Below, one piece after another: positions 50,669 to 61,090 of a stretch of 64,000 bases of DNA (its first letter is position 1; the number at the start of each line of letters is the position of its first letter). The stretch lies in IMG/VR virus record IMGVR_UViG_3300003316_000307. One strand, written 5' to 3'. The notes under the pieces were generated by a model that saw only the letters and a program-made list of their open reading frames with translations, made no database searches and was not told the origin of the DNA. This DNA is from a virus (lineage: Duplodnaviria; Caudoviricetes). The position numbers and the translations under genes were made by a program.

Positions 50669-51034
50669 ATGAATATAATTAAAAAATTTTTATTGAATGA
50701 AATTACAAAATGTAATAATTTTAGGTATGAAGTTCCAATTGGTAATTTACATATAAGAATTAAAACAAGGAAATGTTATTTATCTTTGATTAAACATTCA
50801 TATTATTTTGAAGGTAAGTTTAATTATAAAATTATATTTGATGGTTATAATGACTTATTATATTCTAATATATGGTTATATAAATTTCCTTATTATTTGG
50901 TTGAAAAACAAACTAAACTTAAATATGATGAGATTACTTTAGTTATAAATAATATTTTAAAAAAAATTTTAAATACAAAAATAATAAATATTAGACTAAT
51001 GACTTATGAGTATGTATATTTAAAAAATGATTAA
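50669..51034 (+). CDS. Hypothetical protein, paralog of previous gene
   Basis: KCNNFRYEVPIGN...EKQTKLKYDEI. Confidence 0.55.
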   Translation: MNIIKKFLLNEITKCNNFRYEVPIGNLHIRIKTRKCYLSLIKHSYYFEGKFNYKIIFDGYNDLLYSNIWLYKFPYYLVEKQTKLKYDEITLVINNILKKILNTKIINIRLMTYEYVYLKND

Positions 51035-51057
51035 AATTTAATGTATTTAATAGTGTT

Positions 51058-52179
51058 ATGAATTTATATAAATTTGATGAATTAAGGGTAAAATTTGAAG
51101 ACAAAAATTATGAAACTAAATATAAATGGTTTGATAAATTTTTATTTTTAGCTTCATTTGGTGGTAATATTGCAGCAATATTTTTTGCATTTTTTTTATT
51201 GTATCCTCTTTTAAATAAAATGATTAGTACTCATCTTACTGGAGGTACATTTGCAATAATTCTTAGTGGTATTTTTACTGTTTGTTTTCTTACAATATTT
51301 GAATTAATCAAAAGAGAAATTGTAAAAGTATTTTCAGTAGATTTTGTTAAAGCACAAAATAAAATTAAAGGGTGGTCAAATGGAATTATATTTGTTGTTT
51401 TGATTATGATTGTTGGTAGTAGTTATTTTTTATCATTAAAAGGTGCTATTGAATTTTCAAAAACAAGTGAATTAAAAAATAATGTTATTAGTGTTAATAA
51501 TAATATTAAAATTGATAGTCTAATTCGCCTTAATGAAATTAATAAAAAACCATTACATGATGAATTAGAAAATCTTAGAAAATCAAATAAAGATTTAAGA
51601 GATAGAAGAGATAATGCACAAACAAGAACAAGCCGAAATGATTATAATACACTTATTAAGGATAATGAAAAATCAATAGAGGAGAATTTAGAAAAAACAA
51701 AAAAAATGGATGCAGACCTTGCGTTAGAAATAAAAAATTTGAAAAATCAAGAGCAACAAATAATTAATGAAAACGCATCCGAAGATAGTAAAACTATTTT
51801 TATATTTTTCATAATTTCAACTATTATTGAAATAGCTATTATTATTGGTGTTTATTTTAGACAAAAATATCAATATCAATCTTATATTGAAGCCAAAGTT
51901 AAACTTGATCCAATTTTTAAGAAAAGAGAAAAATATAGTACATTATTAAAAATTGTATATAGAAATGGTGAAATAAATGTTGATGATCAAATTATTAGTT
52001 TGAATAAACTAACAGAAATGATGAAAAATAAAGGAAATCAATATTCATCAAAAATGATTAAGGAATTTTATGATGAAATGACACAATTAGGTGCTTTCAA
52101 TGTTATTTCTAATAAAAGATATGCATTACTTAATTATGAAGATGCTAAAAAACAATTAGACACATTAGAAAATGTTTAA
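51058..52179 (+). CDS. Membrane protein: 3 TM + coiled coil + TM
   Basis: Hydrophobic segments flanking a charged heptad region. Confidence 0.65.
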   Translation: MNLYKFDELRVKFEDKNYETKYKWFDKFLFLASFGGNIAAIFFAFFLLYPLLNKMISTHLTGGTFAIILSGIFTVCFLTIFELIKREIVKVFSVDFVKAQNKIKGWSNGIIFVVLIMIVGSSYFLSLKGAIEFSKTSELKNNVISVNNNIKIDSLIRLNEINKKPLHDELENLRKSNKDLRDRRDNAQTRTSRNDYNTLIKDNEKSIEENLEKTKKMDADLALEIKNLKNQEQQIINENASEDSKTIFIFFIISTIIEIAIIIGVYFRQKYQYQSYIEAKVKLDPIFKKREKYSTLLKIVYRNGEINVDDQIISLNKLTEMMKNKGNQYSSKMIKEFYDEMTQLGAFNVISNKRYALLNYEDAKKQLDTLENV

Positions 52180-52411
52180 ATCAAAAAAGAAAAAATCAGA
52201 TTTGGATTATATTAAAAAAGTCTGTAAGATTGGACAAGGTTCAAATTGTTGCAGATATTTAATAGCAGGTGAAATGGGTTTTGAATGTGCAAAATTAAAT
52301 CCAGATTTAAAAGCATTAATGGATACAAGAGTAAAAGCAGAAATTAATATTGCTAAAGGTGATAATTGTAGTGGTAAGTTTTTAAAAAATGATTATAAAA
52401 TAGATGGATAA
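52172..52411 (+). CDS. Small Cys-rich protein
   Basis: CKIGQG..CCRYL...FECAK...GDNC. Confidence 0.6.
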   Translation: MFKSKKKKSDLDYIKKVCKIGQGSNCCRYLIAGEMGFECAKLNPDLKALMDTRVKAEINIAKGDNCSGKFLKNDYKIDG

Positions 52412-52500
52412 AATTAAAATTTTAGATGTTAATAATAAAAATAGGTTTTTTAGTCGTTATTAATTAAAAGAAATAAACAATTTTAATAATTTAAATAAAT

Positions 52501-52782
52501 ATGAAGAAAGCAAAATTTAATCATGGTCAATTTATTGATAAGGAAACAAATACATCAATTTATGGAGATTATTTACCAGTAGATATTATTAGAAATGAAG
52601 TTTTTCTTTTTAATGAAAATAAAGTTAATATTCAGTTTATTCTTTGGAAACCCATAACAGAAGTACAGGAAAGAAAATTTCTAACAGAACTCAGAACAAC
52701 ACATAAAGATGAAATATTCAATGTTTCTATTTTAAAACCTAAAGAACATTATTTAATTCAAGCTAAACCTAAATTATGTTAA
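52501..52782 (+). CDS. Hypothetical protein
   Basis: 93-aa ORF. Confidence 0.5.
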   Translation: MKKAKFNHGQFIDKETNTSIYGDYLPVDIIRNEVFLFNENKVNIQFILWKPITEVQERKFLTELRTTHKDEIFNVSILKPKEHYLIQAKPKLC

Positions 52783-53099
52783 AAATTGTAAATACCATTA
52801 AAACATCATTTTTATTATATAAAATATATGGTGGTTTATCTGTAATATTTGATGATGAAAAATATATTAAAGAAGAATTAAATGAAATTAATGAAAATTC
52901 TTTTTTATTAAAAGATGTTGAAATTCTTTTCTATGAAAACACTCCAATGATTCAAATTACTGGAAATTTAATAAATATTAGTAAATATCAGGAATCTGGT
53001 AAAATTGAGATACTTAAATCATGGAAATTTATAACATCTTCTTATAATTTTATCTTTACTCCATCCAAATTAACCAATTCACAATTATTAAATGATTAA
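52776..53099 (+). CDS. Hypothetical protein
   Basis: 107-aa coupled ORF. Confidence 0.5.
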   Translation: MLKIVNTIKTSFLLYKIYGGLSVIFDDEKYIKEELNEINENSFLLKDVEILFYENTPMIQITGNLINISKYQESGKIEILKSWKFITSSYNFIFTPSKLTNSQLLND

Positions 53100-53463
53100 T
53101 CCTAATATTATTAGATGGTTAAGATACACTGAACAAGAAGTACTTGAACCAAAAAAACATTTGTTTCATTTTAAAAGAAAAAAAATAAAACAATATGTTG
53201 ATATATATGGAATGGTTAAATCAGTGAATTTTGATTCTGATTGGAATGATTTAATGACTCTGGTTGATTCAATTGAAATCCTTGGTTATTCTATTTTTAT
53301 TAGTTTATATGAAATAAGAATTGAAAGAGATTTTTCAAATAATCCATATTTAATTCCAAATGTTATACTTACATATCCTAGAAATAGAAAAGATAGAGAC
53401 AGAAAATCATCAGTATATAATATATGTTTATTATTTATAGAAAAATATAATACAATTAAATAA
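53092..53463 (+). CDS. Hypothetical protein
   Basis: FDSDWNDLMTLVDSIE motif; coupled ORF. Confidence 0.55.
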   Translation: MINPNIIRWLRYTEQEVLEPKKHLFHFKRKKIKQYVDIYGMVKSVNFDSDWNDLMTLVDSIEILGYSIFISLYEIRIERDFSNNPYLIPNVILTYPRNRKDRDRKSSVYNICLLFIEKYNTIK

Positions 53464-53464
53464 A

Positions 53465-54088
53465 ATGATTAATGATTTAGTTATTGATAAAATCACGTAT
53501 AGGATTTCTGGTAAAAATTATAATAATGAAATTTATCCTAAAAAACAAATAATATTAGCAGATAGCTTACGCCAAAATAATAATCATATATTAAGATGGA
53601 CTAAAAAGAATTTTGGAAAAAGTAAATCATGGTCTACTTACAGTATAAGTAGAGATGGTATAATTTATGAACATTTTGATCCAAAATACTATAGTGATTT
53701 TATGAATTTAGAAGAAGTTGATAAAAAAAGTATATCCATAGTTATGGAAAATATGGGTGTTCTTTTTTATAATTATGATGAAGATAAATATTATAATTGG
53801 TGTAATGAAGAATGTCCTAAAGAAAATGTTTTTAAAAGAGATTGGAAAGACTATTCTATGTGGGAAAATTATACTGAAAAACAAATTGAATCATTAATCA
53901 AATTATGTAAATCTTTATGTTCAACATATAAAATTGAACTTGATTGTGTTGGTTTTAACTTTTTTACCGCAGAAATTTCTGATTTTGAGGGTATAGTTTG
54001 CCGTAGTAATTATAGTTATGATTTTAATGATTTAAATCCATCTTTTGATTTTAAAAACTTTCTTAAAAATTTAGATATTAGTTTCTAG
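53465..54088 (+). CDS. N-acetylmuramoyl-L-alanine amidase (Amidase_2)-fold protein, catalytic His residues apparently lost
   Basis: KKQIIL, YSISRDGIIYEHF, SISIVMEN, YTEKQIESLIKLC, DLNPSFDF. Confidence 0.65.
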   Translation: MINDLVIDKITYRISGKNYNNEIYPKKQIILADSLRQNNNHILRWTKKNFGKSKSWSTYSISRDGIIYEHFDPKYYSDFMNLEEVDKKSISIVMENMGVLFYNYDEDKYYNWCNEECPKENVFKRDWKDYSMWENYTEKQIESLIKLCKSLCSTYKIELDCVGFNFFTAEISDFEGIVCRSNYSYDFNDLNPSFDFKNFLKNLDISF

Positions 54089-54099
54089 TATTTATATCT

Positions 54100-54618
54100 A
54101 TGAAAAAAATAAGAATAGATACAGATAGAATTAGAAAAATATCAAATAGAATAAATTTTTTACCTGAAAAAAAAGTATTGAATGATTCTTTAAATGAAAT
54201 GACAGTTAAAGAAATGATTCATAAAATGAGAAAGGAGAGGGTTTATGAACAAGATACATTAAATTATTTACCATTATCTAATTCTGAAATTGAATTAGAA
54301 AAAGATAAATTTAGAAATGTATTTAAGGATGATAATGTTGATATTGATTTTGATGATTTTATTGTTACAGATAAAGGTATAATATTTGGGGGTACTATTG
54401 ATGGTCAAATTCAGTGGGCATATAGAGTTGCACCAGAAGAACAGTTAAGTGGTGTTGATTACAATACAATAGAAGGATTTGATCCAAGTGTTCCAGAAAA
54501 TGCTGCAATTATAAAAAAATTAGAATCATATTATGATACATTCTATGATTTTTGTAGAGATAATATTCTTAATGTTAAAACTACAGATAATAATGTATTA
54601 TCAGATGAAGACGAATAA
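54100..54618 (+). CDS. Hypothetical late protein
   Basis: 172-aa ORF, GTATTTATA immediately upstream. Confidence 0.6.
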   Translation: MKKIRIDTDRIRKISNRINFLPEKKVLNDSLNEMTVKEMIHKMRKERVYEQDTLNYLPLSNSEIELEKDKFRNVFKDDNVDIDFDDFIVTDKGIIFGGTIDGQIQWAYRVAPEEQLSGVDYNTIEGFDPSVPENAAIIKKLESYYDTFYDFCRDNILNVKTTDNNVLSDEDE

Positions 54619-54630
54619 AAATTATAAATT

Positions 54631-55392
54631 ATGAAATTGAGTTTAGACAATATTAAAAATTTACTTATAATTATCCTCATTGTAATTTTAATTTTATTAG
54701 GATATGGATATTTTGTCCAAAATGGGAAATATAGGAAAGATAAACTTAATTCAGAAAATTTAACTAAAGCTTTAACTGATACTGTTCATCATTTTAAAAA
54801 CAAACAAGGTCAATGGGAATATGAAAAAAGGACCATTCAAACAACTGTTGGTGAACTTTCAAAATTTAATGAACAATTGACATTATCTCAAAAAGAATTA
54901 CTAGAAAGAATTAAAGAAAGTGAAAAAAATAATAAATTAATTAGTGCTGCACTTTTAGATATTGGTGTTAAAGTAAACAATTTAACAAATGAAAAACCAT
55001 CGATTATTGATAGCACTTCAGTTACATTTGAAGATAAAAATGATAGTAGTTTTAAATATAATTTAACAGTTTTTAATGTTAAACCAATTGATTTAAAGAT
55101 ACCAAAATTAACATTTAATAATTTAGAATTTCCTAATAAACAATATATTGAATTTAATTGGAAAACTGATAAAAATGGTAAAAAAGAAGGTTATCCTGTT
55201 AGTTTTAGTGTAACTAATACAAATCCATTTTATAAAGTATATAATGTTGATTCATATATTATACCAGAAATAGAAAAAGAAAAGTTAAAGCCAACATTTT
55301 GGAACAAACTTGAAAATTTTAGTAAAACAACTGGTGGTAAAATTTTATTTTTTTCTTTAGGTTTTGGAACTGGTGTTGTTATTGTAAAGTAA
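54631..55392 (+). CDS. Membrane-anchored coiled-coil protein, spanin-like candidate
   Basis: N-terminal TM, coiled coil, C-terminal Gly-rich hydrophobic tail; near the amidase-fold gene. Confidence 0.45.
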   Translation: MKLSLDNIKNLLIIILIVILILLGYGYFVQNGKYRKDKLNSENLTKALTDTVHHFKNKQGQWEYEKRTIQTTVGELSKFNEQLTLSQKELLERIKESEKNNKLISAALLDIGVKVNNLTNEKPSIIDSTSVTFEDKNDSSFKYNLTVFNVKPIDLKIPKLTFNNLEFPNKQYIEFNWKTDKNGKKEGYPVSFSVTNTNPFYKVYNVDSYIIPEIEKEKLKPTFWNKLENFSKTTGGKILFFSLGFGTGVVIVK

Positions 55393-55416
55393 TAAATTTT
55401 TAATTTAATATATGAG

Positions 55417-55446
55417 AGCCTTCCTAGTTATTAGGAGGGCTTTTTT
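55417..55446 (+). terminator. Rho-independent terminator
   Basis: AGCCTTCCTA-gttat-TAGGAGGGCT then T run. Confidence 0.8.
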
Positions 55447-55476
55447 GTTTTAAAAATAGTATTTATCTAAAATATT

Positions 55477-55695
55477 ATGCTTAATAATGATGTTAAGAAA
55501 GAATTAAAAAGAATTATTGATTCAGAATTAAAGCAATATAAAGATGATGAACAAAAAAGATGGCTTAAATTCTATAAAAATGATGATCAAGTTAGAAAGT
55601 ATATTGTGGATATAATTAGAGATTCAATAAGTGATTTGTTCAAAACATTATATATGAAGCGTTCAAATTGGGATAAAGAAATCGGAAGAAAATGA
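55477..55695 (+). CDS. Hypothetical late protein
   Basis: 72-aa ORF after GTATTTAT. Confidence 0.6.
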   Translation: MLNNDVKKELKRIIDSELKQYKDDEQKRWLKFYKNDDQVRKYIVDIIRDSISDLFKTLYMKRSNWDKEIGRK

Positions 55696-58600
55696 AAATA
55701 AAATTAATTGAAGACACCACTCAAAAAGTTGACATTAGGTCAAATCCTGATTATAAGTTTAAACCAACTTTAAAGCAACCTACTCCTATGGGTCAAAAAG
55801 TTGATAATGAATATAAAAAACAAGTTAATATTAAACAAAATAGTATTAATGAAATTGATGCTAATTTAAGTGAGGATGAAAAAGCAATAAAAAGAAAAAT
55901 TTTCAAACTCAATAAAATGGAATCATTAGTTCATAATGATGATAAACTTTCCAGAATTTATAATAAGATTATTCAAGATGATCCAGAAACAAAGTTCGGT
56001 TATCATTATAATGAAGTAATTATGACAATGTTATTTAATGATTATGTCCTTAATAATCCCAAATATATGGAAAAGTATAAAAATGCTGTTCCTAAAAAGA
56101 AAAAAAGAAGAGATAAAACAGGAATTAATCAACTTATAAAAAAAGGTGAAGAATATATGGAAAAAAAAGATGATTCAAATTCTGAACAAAATTTAGATTC
56201 TGAAGTAAATGAAATATTTAATTCATTATTTGGTGGTGGATTTGATACATCAAAATATGAAAGAAATCCAGACGAAGTACAACCTAATGATTTATTTGTT
56301 TTTGATAGTAATTCAAAAAAATTAATAGATATTATTCCTCGCGAAAAAATACAAGATTTTAGAGCAAAATATAATGATTTATTCAATCAGGAATTAGTAA
56401 AAATAGCTAGTCCAAAAAGTGAACTTGAAGTTAAAAATTTAAAACAACTATACAAAATTCCAACTATTAAATTTGCTAGTGAATTTGATCCATTGGGTGA
56501 AAGTGATAAAGGAGATAACACAAAACAATGGACTGGTCAATGGAATACTACATCTAAACCAGTGAAGGAAAATATAACAACTACAGATTCATTTAATGCA
56601 AATGTTTCGCCAGAACGTTTTAATCCATATTTAAAGCAAATAATTATGTCATTAAAAAATTTAGATGCTGGTGATAAATTAATTAATTCATTATCAAAAT
56701 ACAATGATTTTATTAAAAACAGAATGGTAAATGGTGATGAACCTTCTAAAGTTGCACAAAAAATCAGTAATGATTGGTATGGTGTAGATGAAACAACTGG
56801 TGCAGTTTCATCAGGAGCATTTAATACTGCATTGGATAACAATTCAGAAGATAAAATTGAAGAAACAACAACATCTGCATCATCTGGACAATATTCTAGT
56901 CCTGTTGCTTTTTCAAAAAATCCTAAAAAGGGTAGATTTTTTAACAGACCAATTTGGAATGGTGGAATTGTAATCAGTGAAGGTGTTGATTATATAACAA
57001 ATCCTGAAGCATTTAAAAAATATGCAACTCTTGTTGAAAGTGTAAATGAAATTGAGGAAGCTATTGGTGATTTAGAAAAATATATTGATAATGGTGATCA
57101 AACTAATTACATTAAAACATTAACCAATTTGTTTAATATGTATAAACAAAAGATTAATATTTTTGGTGATGAGTATAAACAACATTACAATGATTTAATG
57201 AAGGATATTTCTGATGAAATAGATATTGCGAAACAAAAACAAAATGATTTTATAAATAAAAAGAATATTCAAGAGGAACCTAATTTTGCTGATGGAATAA
57301 AAACTGATTTAATTGGTTCTGGACAACCTGCATCCAAAGTTGATAAAATGACAACAAGAGAATTAGAAAATAAAGATGGATTATTTAAAGGTGGTATAAA
57401 AGAACATCATTTACATACTAAGGATGATAAAATAGCATTTATACTTCAAAATGATGCTGAAGGTAAATATAGTACAGATTCATTACAATCATTGCCTGAT
57501 CAGGAAGTAGATAAAATTTATCGTAATACTGAAATTGCTATGGGTTTAACTGAACAAGATGATAAACCCTCACATATTCCAGATAATGCAATTGAGTATA
57601 AGGATTTTTGGATTTATCCAAGTAATGATCCTTGGCAAAAGAAATTTGGTAATAATTTTGAATATGTTAGTAAAAACTATGATGCAGATTGGAGTGGAGA
57701 TGGATGGAAAAATAATGGTTTATTTGGTGCTACCAAAACTGTTGATGATGCTAAAGCTGAAATTGATGATATGAATCAAATTGATGAAAAAGCTAAATCT
57801 AAGGCACAACAAAAATTTATGGGAATGGTTCATGCTTTACAAAAAGGTGATATTGATTCTTCTGATGTTAGTGACAAAGTTGTAAAAGCAGCAAATAGTA
57901 TGTCAGATAAAGATGCTGAAGATTTTGCATCTACAAAACATAAAGGTTTACCTAATCATGTAAAAACAGATGAGGGAATTGAAAATATTGATCCATTAAC
58001 AGAACTTGGGAATTTATTATTTCCAAATACTGATATGTCAATATCGCAATTAAAAACTGCAGCACAAGATATTCTTCAAAAATTCTTTAAAAATCAAACA
58101 CCTGAACAAGCTGTTGAATTATTAAAAGCTAAAATTGCTACAAATGGAGTACAAGTTGCTGAACAATTAGTTAATACATTAAATAAAAATATAATGAAAG
58201 AAAATTATAAAACAGTAATTTCAAAAAAATTGATTGAATCAAAAGAAAATAAAAAAGTTAAATCAATTAAAGAAATGAATAATGAAGAAAGATTGGCACA
58301 ATTTAAAGCAATATATGAAAGTATGATTGATCCAAATCCTACTACTATGTCAATGAATGCCAATAATCCTACTTCAATGAAAAATGATACTGATAACCAA
58401 GTTGGAAATCAGCCTTTTCCACAAATGAATGAAGAAAAATGGGAACAGAATGCTGTTAGTCATAAAGGAGCATTACATAAAAAATTAGGTATTCCAACAG
58501 ATAAGGAAATTCCAATGGAAAGAATTAATTCTGAAATTGAAAAATTAAATAAGAAATATAAAAATGGTGAGAAAATGTCTGCAGAAGATAATCATTTTAA

Positions 58601-59630
58601 AAAAATGTTAACATTGGCTAAAACATTTAAAAAACAAAATGAAAGTTTTTCTGATGAAGGTTATGAAATAACAAATGATGAAAATATTGATAAAATTAAA
58701 GACAATTTCATCCCACCTTCAATAAATGAAGACAGGAAGTCAAATTCAATGCTTAATCTTGATCGTATTAAATCACAGAATGCTTCAAATATAAAATCTG
58801 ATAATTCTGAAGAAGATGCTTTAAGTAGTGAAAAAGTATATGGTTTTCCAGATAAGAAAAATGATATTCATAAGTCAGAAATTTATCCTAATCCTGATGA
58901 TTTTTATATTGAACAAGATTTAGATAAAGTTCAAAATGATATGACATCATTTGATGAAATTGAAAAGGAAAAATTAGCACAAGGTGGATTTAAAAAAGAA
59001 GCTCTTAAAGATGTTGGTGATGCAGTGAGAGAGAAAGATTTTATACCAAAAAGAAATGCTACTGAAGAAGAACAGAAAAAAATAATGTTAAATAGAGGTG
59101 CTGGAATGGAAGATATTGTTTATGATAATAAACCATCACAAAAATTTGAAGATCGTATGAAAAAAGATATGGGTGATCAAATTTATAAAAATAGACAAGA
59201 AAAAATGGCATATAAAGGAGAAGCACCAATGTATAACAAGGATACTCAACCAATTCAAAATGGTGATGTAAAATTTAATGATAATAAATATGATAAAAAA
59301 TATAATACTGAATCAGTAACAGTAACTGGTGTTTATATTGATCCTTTTGGAAAAAGAAAATTTAAAGAATTTAATTTAAATGAAGCCATTGAGATTGAAA
59401 ATATTAATGAATCGTTTATAAAAATAGATTTGGATGGTTTTGGAAATAAATATACACAAAAAGTTAAATTAGATGAATCAATTGCAAAGGAAATTAGTGA
59501 AACATCTTATTATATAAAGAATAATTTATTATATAAGAAAAAAACACAAACGACACAAACAATGAATGAATCATTATTAAAAATGAAACATTTAATGAAT
59601 TATAAACCTTCTAAATTTCTAGGGAAATAA
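55692..59630 (+). CDS. Large acidic mosaic protein containing a DUF3008-like segment; candidate internal head protein
   Basis: AKSKAQQKFMGMVHA...MSDKDAEDFASTKHKGLP; HKGALHKKLGIP; many (L/I/V)xE linkers. Confidence 0.6.
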   Translation: MKIKLIEDTTQKVDIRSNPDYKFKPTLKQPTPMGQKVDNEYKKQVNIKQNSINEIDANLSEDEKAIKRKIFKLNKMESLVHNDDKLSRIYNKIIQDDPETKFGYHYNEVIMTMLFNDYVLNNPKYMEKYKNAVPKKKKRRDKTGINQLIKKGEEYMEKKDDSNSEQNLDSEVNEIFNSLFGGGFDTSKYERNPDEVQPNDLFVFDSNSKKLIDIIPREKIQDFRAKYNDLFNQELVKIASPKSELEVKNLKQLYKIPTIKFASEFDPLGESDKGDNTKQWTGQWNTTSKPVKENITTTDSFNANVSPERFNPYLKQIIMSLKNLDAGDKLINSLSKYNDFIKNRMVNGDEPSKVAQKISNDWYGVDETTGAVSSGAFNTALDNNSEDKIEETTTSASSGQYSSPVAFSKNPKKGRFFNRPIWNGGIVISEGVDYITNPEAFKKYATLVESVNEIEEAIGDLEKYIDNGDQTNYIKTLTNLFNMYKQKINIFGDEYKQHYNDLMKDISDEIDIAKQKQNDFINKKNIQEEPNFADGIKTDLIGSGQPASKVDKMTTRELENKDGLFKGGIKEHHLHTKDDKIAFILQNDAEGKYSTDSLQSLPDQEVDKIYRNTEIAMGLTEQDDKPSHIPDNAIEYKDFWIYPSNDPWQKKFGNNFEYVSKNYDADWSGDGWKNNGLFGATKTVDDAKAEIDDMNQIDEKAKSKAQQKFMGMVHALQKGDIDSSDVSDKVVKAANSMSDKDAEDFASTKHKGLPNHVKTDEGIENIDPLTELGNLLFPNTDMSISQLKTAAQDILQKFFKNQTPEQAVELLKAKIATNGVQVAEQLVNTLNKNIMKENYKTVISKKLIESKENKKVKSIKEMNNEERLAQFKAIYESMIDPNPTTMSMNANNPTSMKNDTDNQVGNQPFPQMNEEKWEQNAVSHKGALHKKLGIPTDKEIPMERINSEIEKLNKKYKNGEKMSAEDNHFKKMLTLAKTFKKQNESFSDEGYEITNDENIDKIKDNFIPPSINEDRKSNSMLNLDRIKSQNASNIKSDNSEEDALSSEKVYGFPDKKNDIHKSEIYPNPDDFYIEQDLDKVQNDMTSFDEIEKEKLAQGGFKKEALKDVGDAVREKDFIPKRNATEEEQKKIMLNRGAGMEDIVYDNKPSQKFEDRMKKDMGDQIYKNRQEKMAYKGEAPMYNKDTQPIQNGDVKFNDNKYDKKYNTESVTVTGVYIDPFGKRKFKEFNLNEAIEIENINESFIKIDLDGFGNKYTQKVKLDESIAKEISETSYYIKNNLLYKKKTQTTQTMNESLLKMKHLMNYKPSKFLGK

Positions 59631-59647
59631 TTAAAAATTTTTCAATT

Positions 59648-59678
59648 AAAAGGGACTTAAATTTGAGTCCCTTTTTTT
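59648..59678 (+). terminator. Rho-independent terminator
   Basis: AGGGACTTA-aatt-TGAGTCCCT then T run. Confidence 0.8.
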
Positions 59679-59741
59679 ATATAAACGATATATTAAAATA
59701 TTCAAAACTATTTATGTCTAAGTAGATTAAATTTTATTACT

Positions 59742-60203
59742 ATGAAAAATTTACTATATGAGAATATTCATAATAAAGGTTATATTAGTGAGTATCAATT
59801 ATTAAAAGAAATTAAAGCAAACAATGTAATACTTGAAAGACTTTATTTATACGAAGATTTTACAATTAACTTAATATATTATATACAAACATCGTATCTT
59901 GGAAAAGAATATATTTATAAAACTGAAGATATCGAAGGACATTTTAATTGGGCTTTCAACAAGGTCTTAAATGAATTTAATGAAGAAAATATATCTTTTG
60001 AAAATAATAATGAATTAAAAACATATTTTTTTAATTATTTTGTAAAAGAATTATATTTTTCAGATAAAGAAGTTTCACTTAGGTCAATGTTAAAATATTG
60101 GAATAAATTCTTCCAATTATCAAAAAATAAAAATGCTAATGATTTTAAAAATTTATTAGTTTTGTATCAAATTTTTGATGAATCATTCAATTTTAAAAAA
60201 TAA
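59742..60203 (+). CDS. Hypothetical protein
   Basis: 153-aa ORF after CTATTTAT. Confidence 0.6.
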   Translation: MKNLLYENIHNKGYISEYQLLKEIKANNVILERLYLYEDFTINLIYYIQTSYLGKEYIYKTEDIEGHFNWAFNKVLNEFNEENISFENNNELKTYFFNYFVKELYFSDKEVSLRSMLKYWNKFFQLSKNKNANDFKNLLVLYQIFDESFNFKK

Positions 60204-60207
60204 GTAA

Positions 60208-60239
60208 TTTGACTTTTTTATTTTTTTTAATTAAATTTG
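60208..60239 (+). promoter_or_regulatory. Bacteroidota sigmaA-type promoter
   Basis: TTTGACTTTTT ... TAAATTTG (60232-60239). Confidence 0.7.
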
Positions 60240-60254
60240 TTCCATAAAATTTTT

Positions 60255-60476
60255 ATGGGACTTCAAAATGATGTTTTTAATGAACTAAAAAATAGAAAAT
60301 TTTATCTTGAAAAAGATTTAATTGAAATTTTTTCTGGTAAAATCTCATTCCAATCTTACGAAGATAAGATTAAAAGAATTACGCATATTATTAATGAAAT
60401 AAGTATTATTGCTACATCATTTAATTTAGTTGAACTTTATATTAAAGAAAATAATGAACATGAAAGCAGTAGTTAG
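60255..60476 (+). CDS. Hypothetical protein
   Basis: ATG 60255 downstream of promoter (TTG 60237 lies inside it). Confidence 0.5.
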   Translation: MGLQNDVFNELKNRKFYLEKDLIEIFSGKISFQSYEDKIKRITHIINEISIIATSFNLVELYIKENNEHESSS

Positions 60477-60666
60477 TTTTTTCAATGAAATTTATCAAAT
60501 ATTATTTTGGTTTAGCATACTCTTTTCAATAAGATTTTTATATGTTTTTATAATTCTTTTAATTGAAAGAATCTCTAATAATATAGAAATAGTCTTTGAA
60601 ATAGAAGACTATGAAAAATATTTGCTAATATTAGCAATGTCTATTATAATATCTTTTTTATGCTAA
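60460..60666 (+). CDS. Small two-TM membrane protein
   Basis: Two hydrophobic helices; ATG 60460. Confidence 0.5.
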   Translation: MKAVVSFFNEIYQILFWFSILFSIRFLYVFIILLIERISNNIEIVFEIEDYEKYLLILAMSIIISFLC

Positions 60667-60670
60667 AATT

Positions 60671-61090
60671 ATGATTAAAAGTATAGATGAACTTAAAGGA
60701 TTTTTAATCAAAATTGAATTCAATTTTGAAACTAAATTTTTTGATTTTTATGTTGGTTTTCCTGAGGGATGGTTAGTAGATTTAGGTGTTAATGAAATTA
60801 CGATTACACCAGATAAAGAAGTTAATGGTGCAATTTTATATATTGTAAGTCCAAACGATCAAGCAATTGATAGTAATTTAATTATTAAATATTTGCTTAA
60901 TATTATAAAATATAATAATAAACTTCTTTCAGCCAAAGAAAAAATTGAAAAACAAAAAAAGAAATTAGAAGAAAAACTTCTTAATGATGGTAAATCTTTT
61001 TTTTATAAAGAAATAACAGATGCTAAACATTTAAGTAGTAATGGTATTAAATTACTCGAATCTGGTGAAATAAAACAAAATAATGTTTAA
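60671..61090 (+). CDS. Hypothetical protein
   Basis: 139-aa ORF, VGFPEGW. Confidence 0.6.
   Translation: MIKSIDELKGFLIKIEFNFETKFFDFYVGFPEGWLVDLGVNEITITPDKEVNGAILYIVSPNDQAIDSNLIIKYLLNIIKYNNKLLSAKEKIEKQKKKLEEKLLNDGKSFFYKEITDAKHLSSNGIKLLESGEIKQNNV

Noticed and set aside
52404-52463. 19-codon mini ORF overlapping the Cys-rich gene stop
   Set aside because: Too short to support without homology or ribosome data
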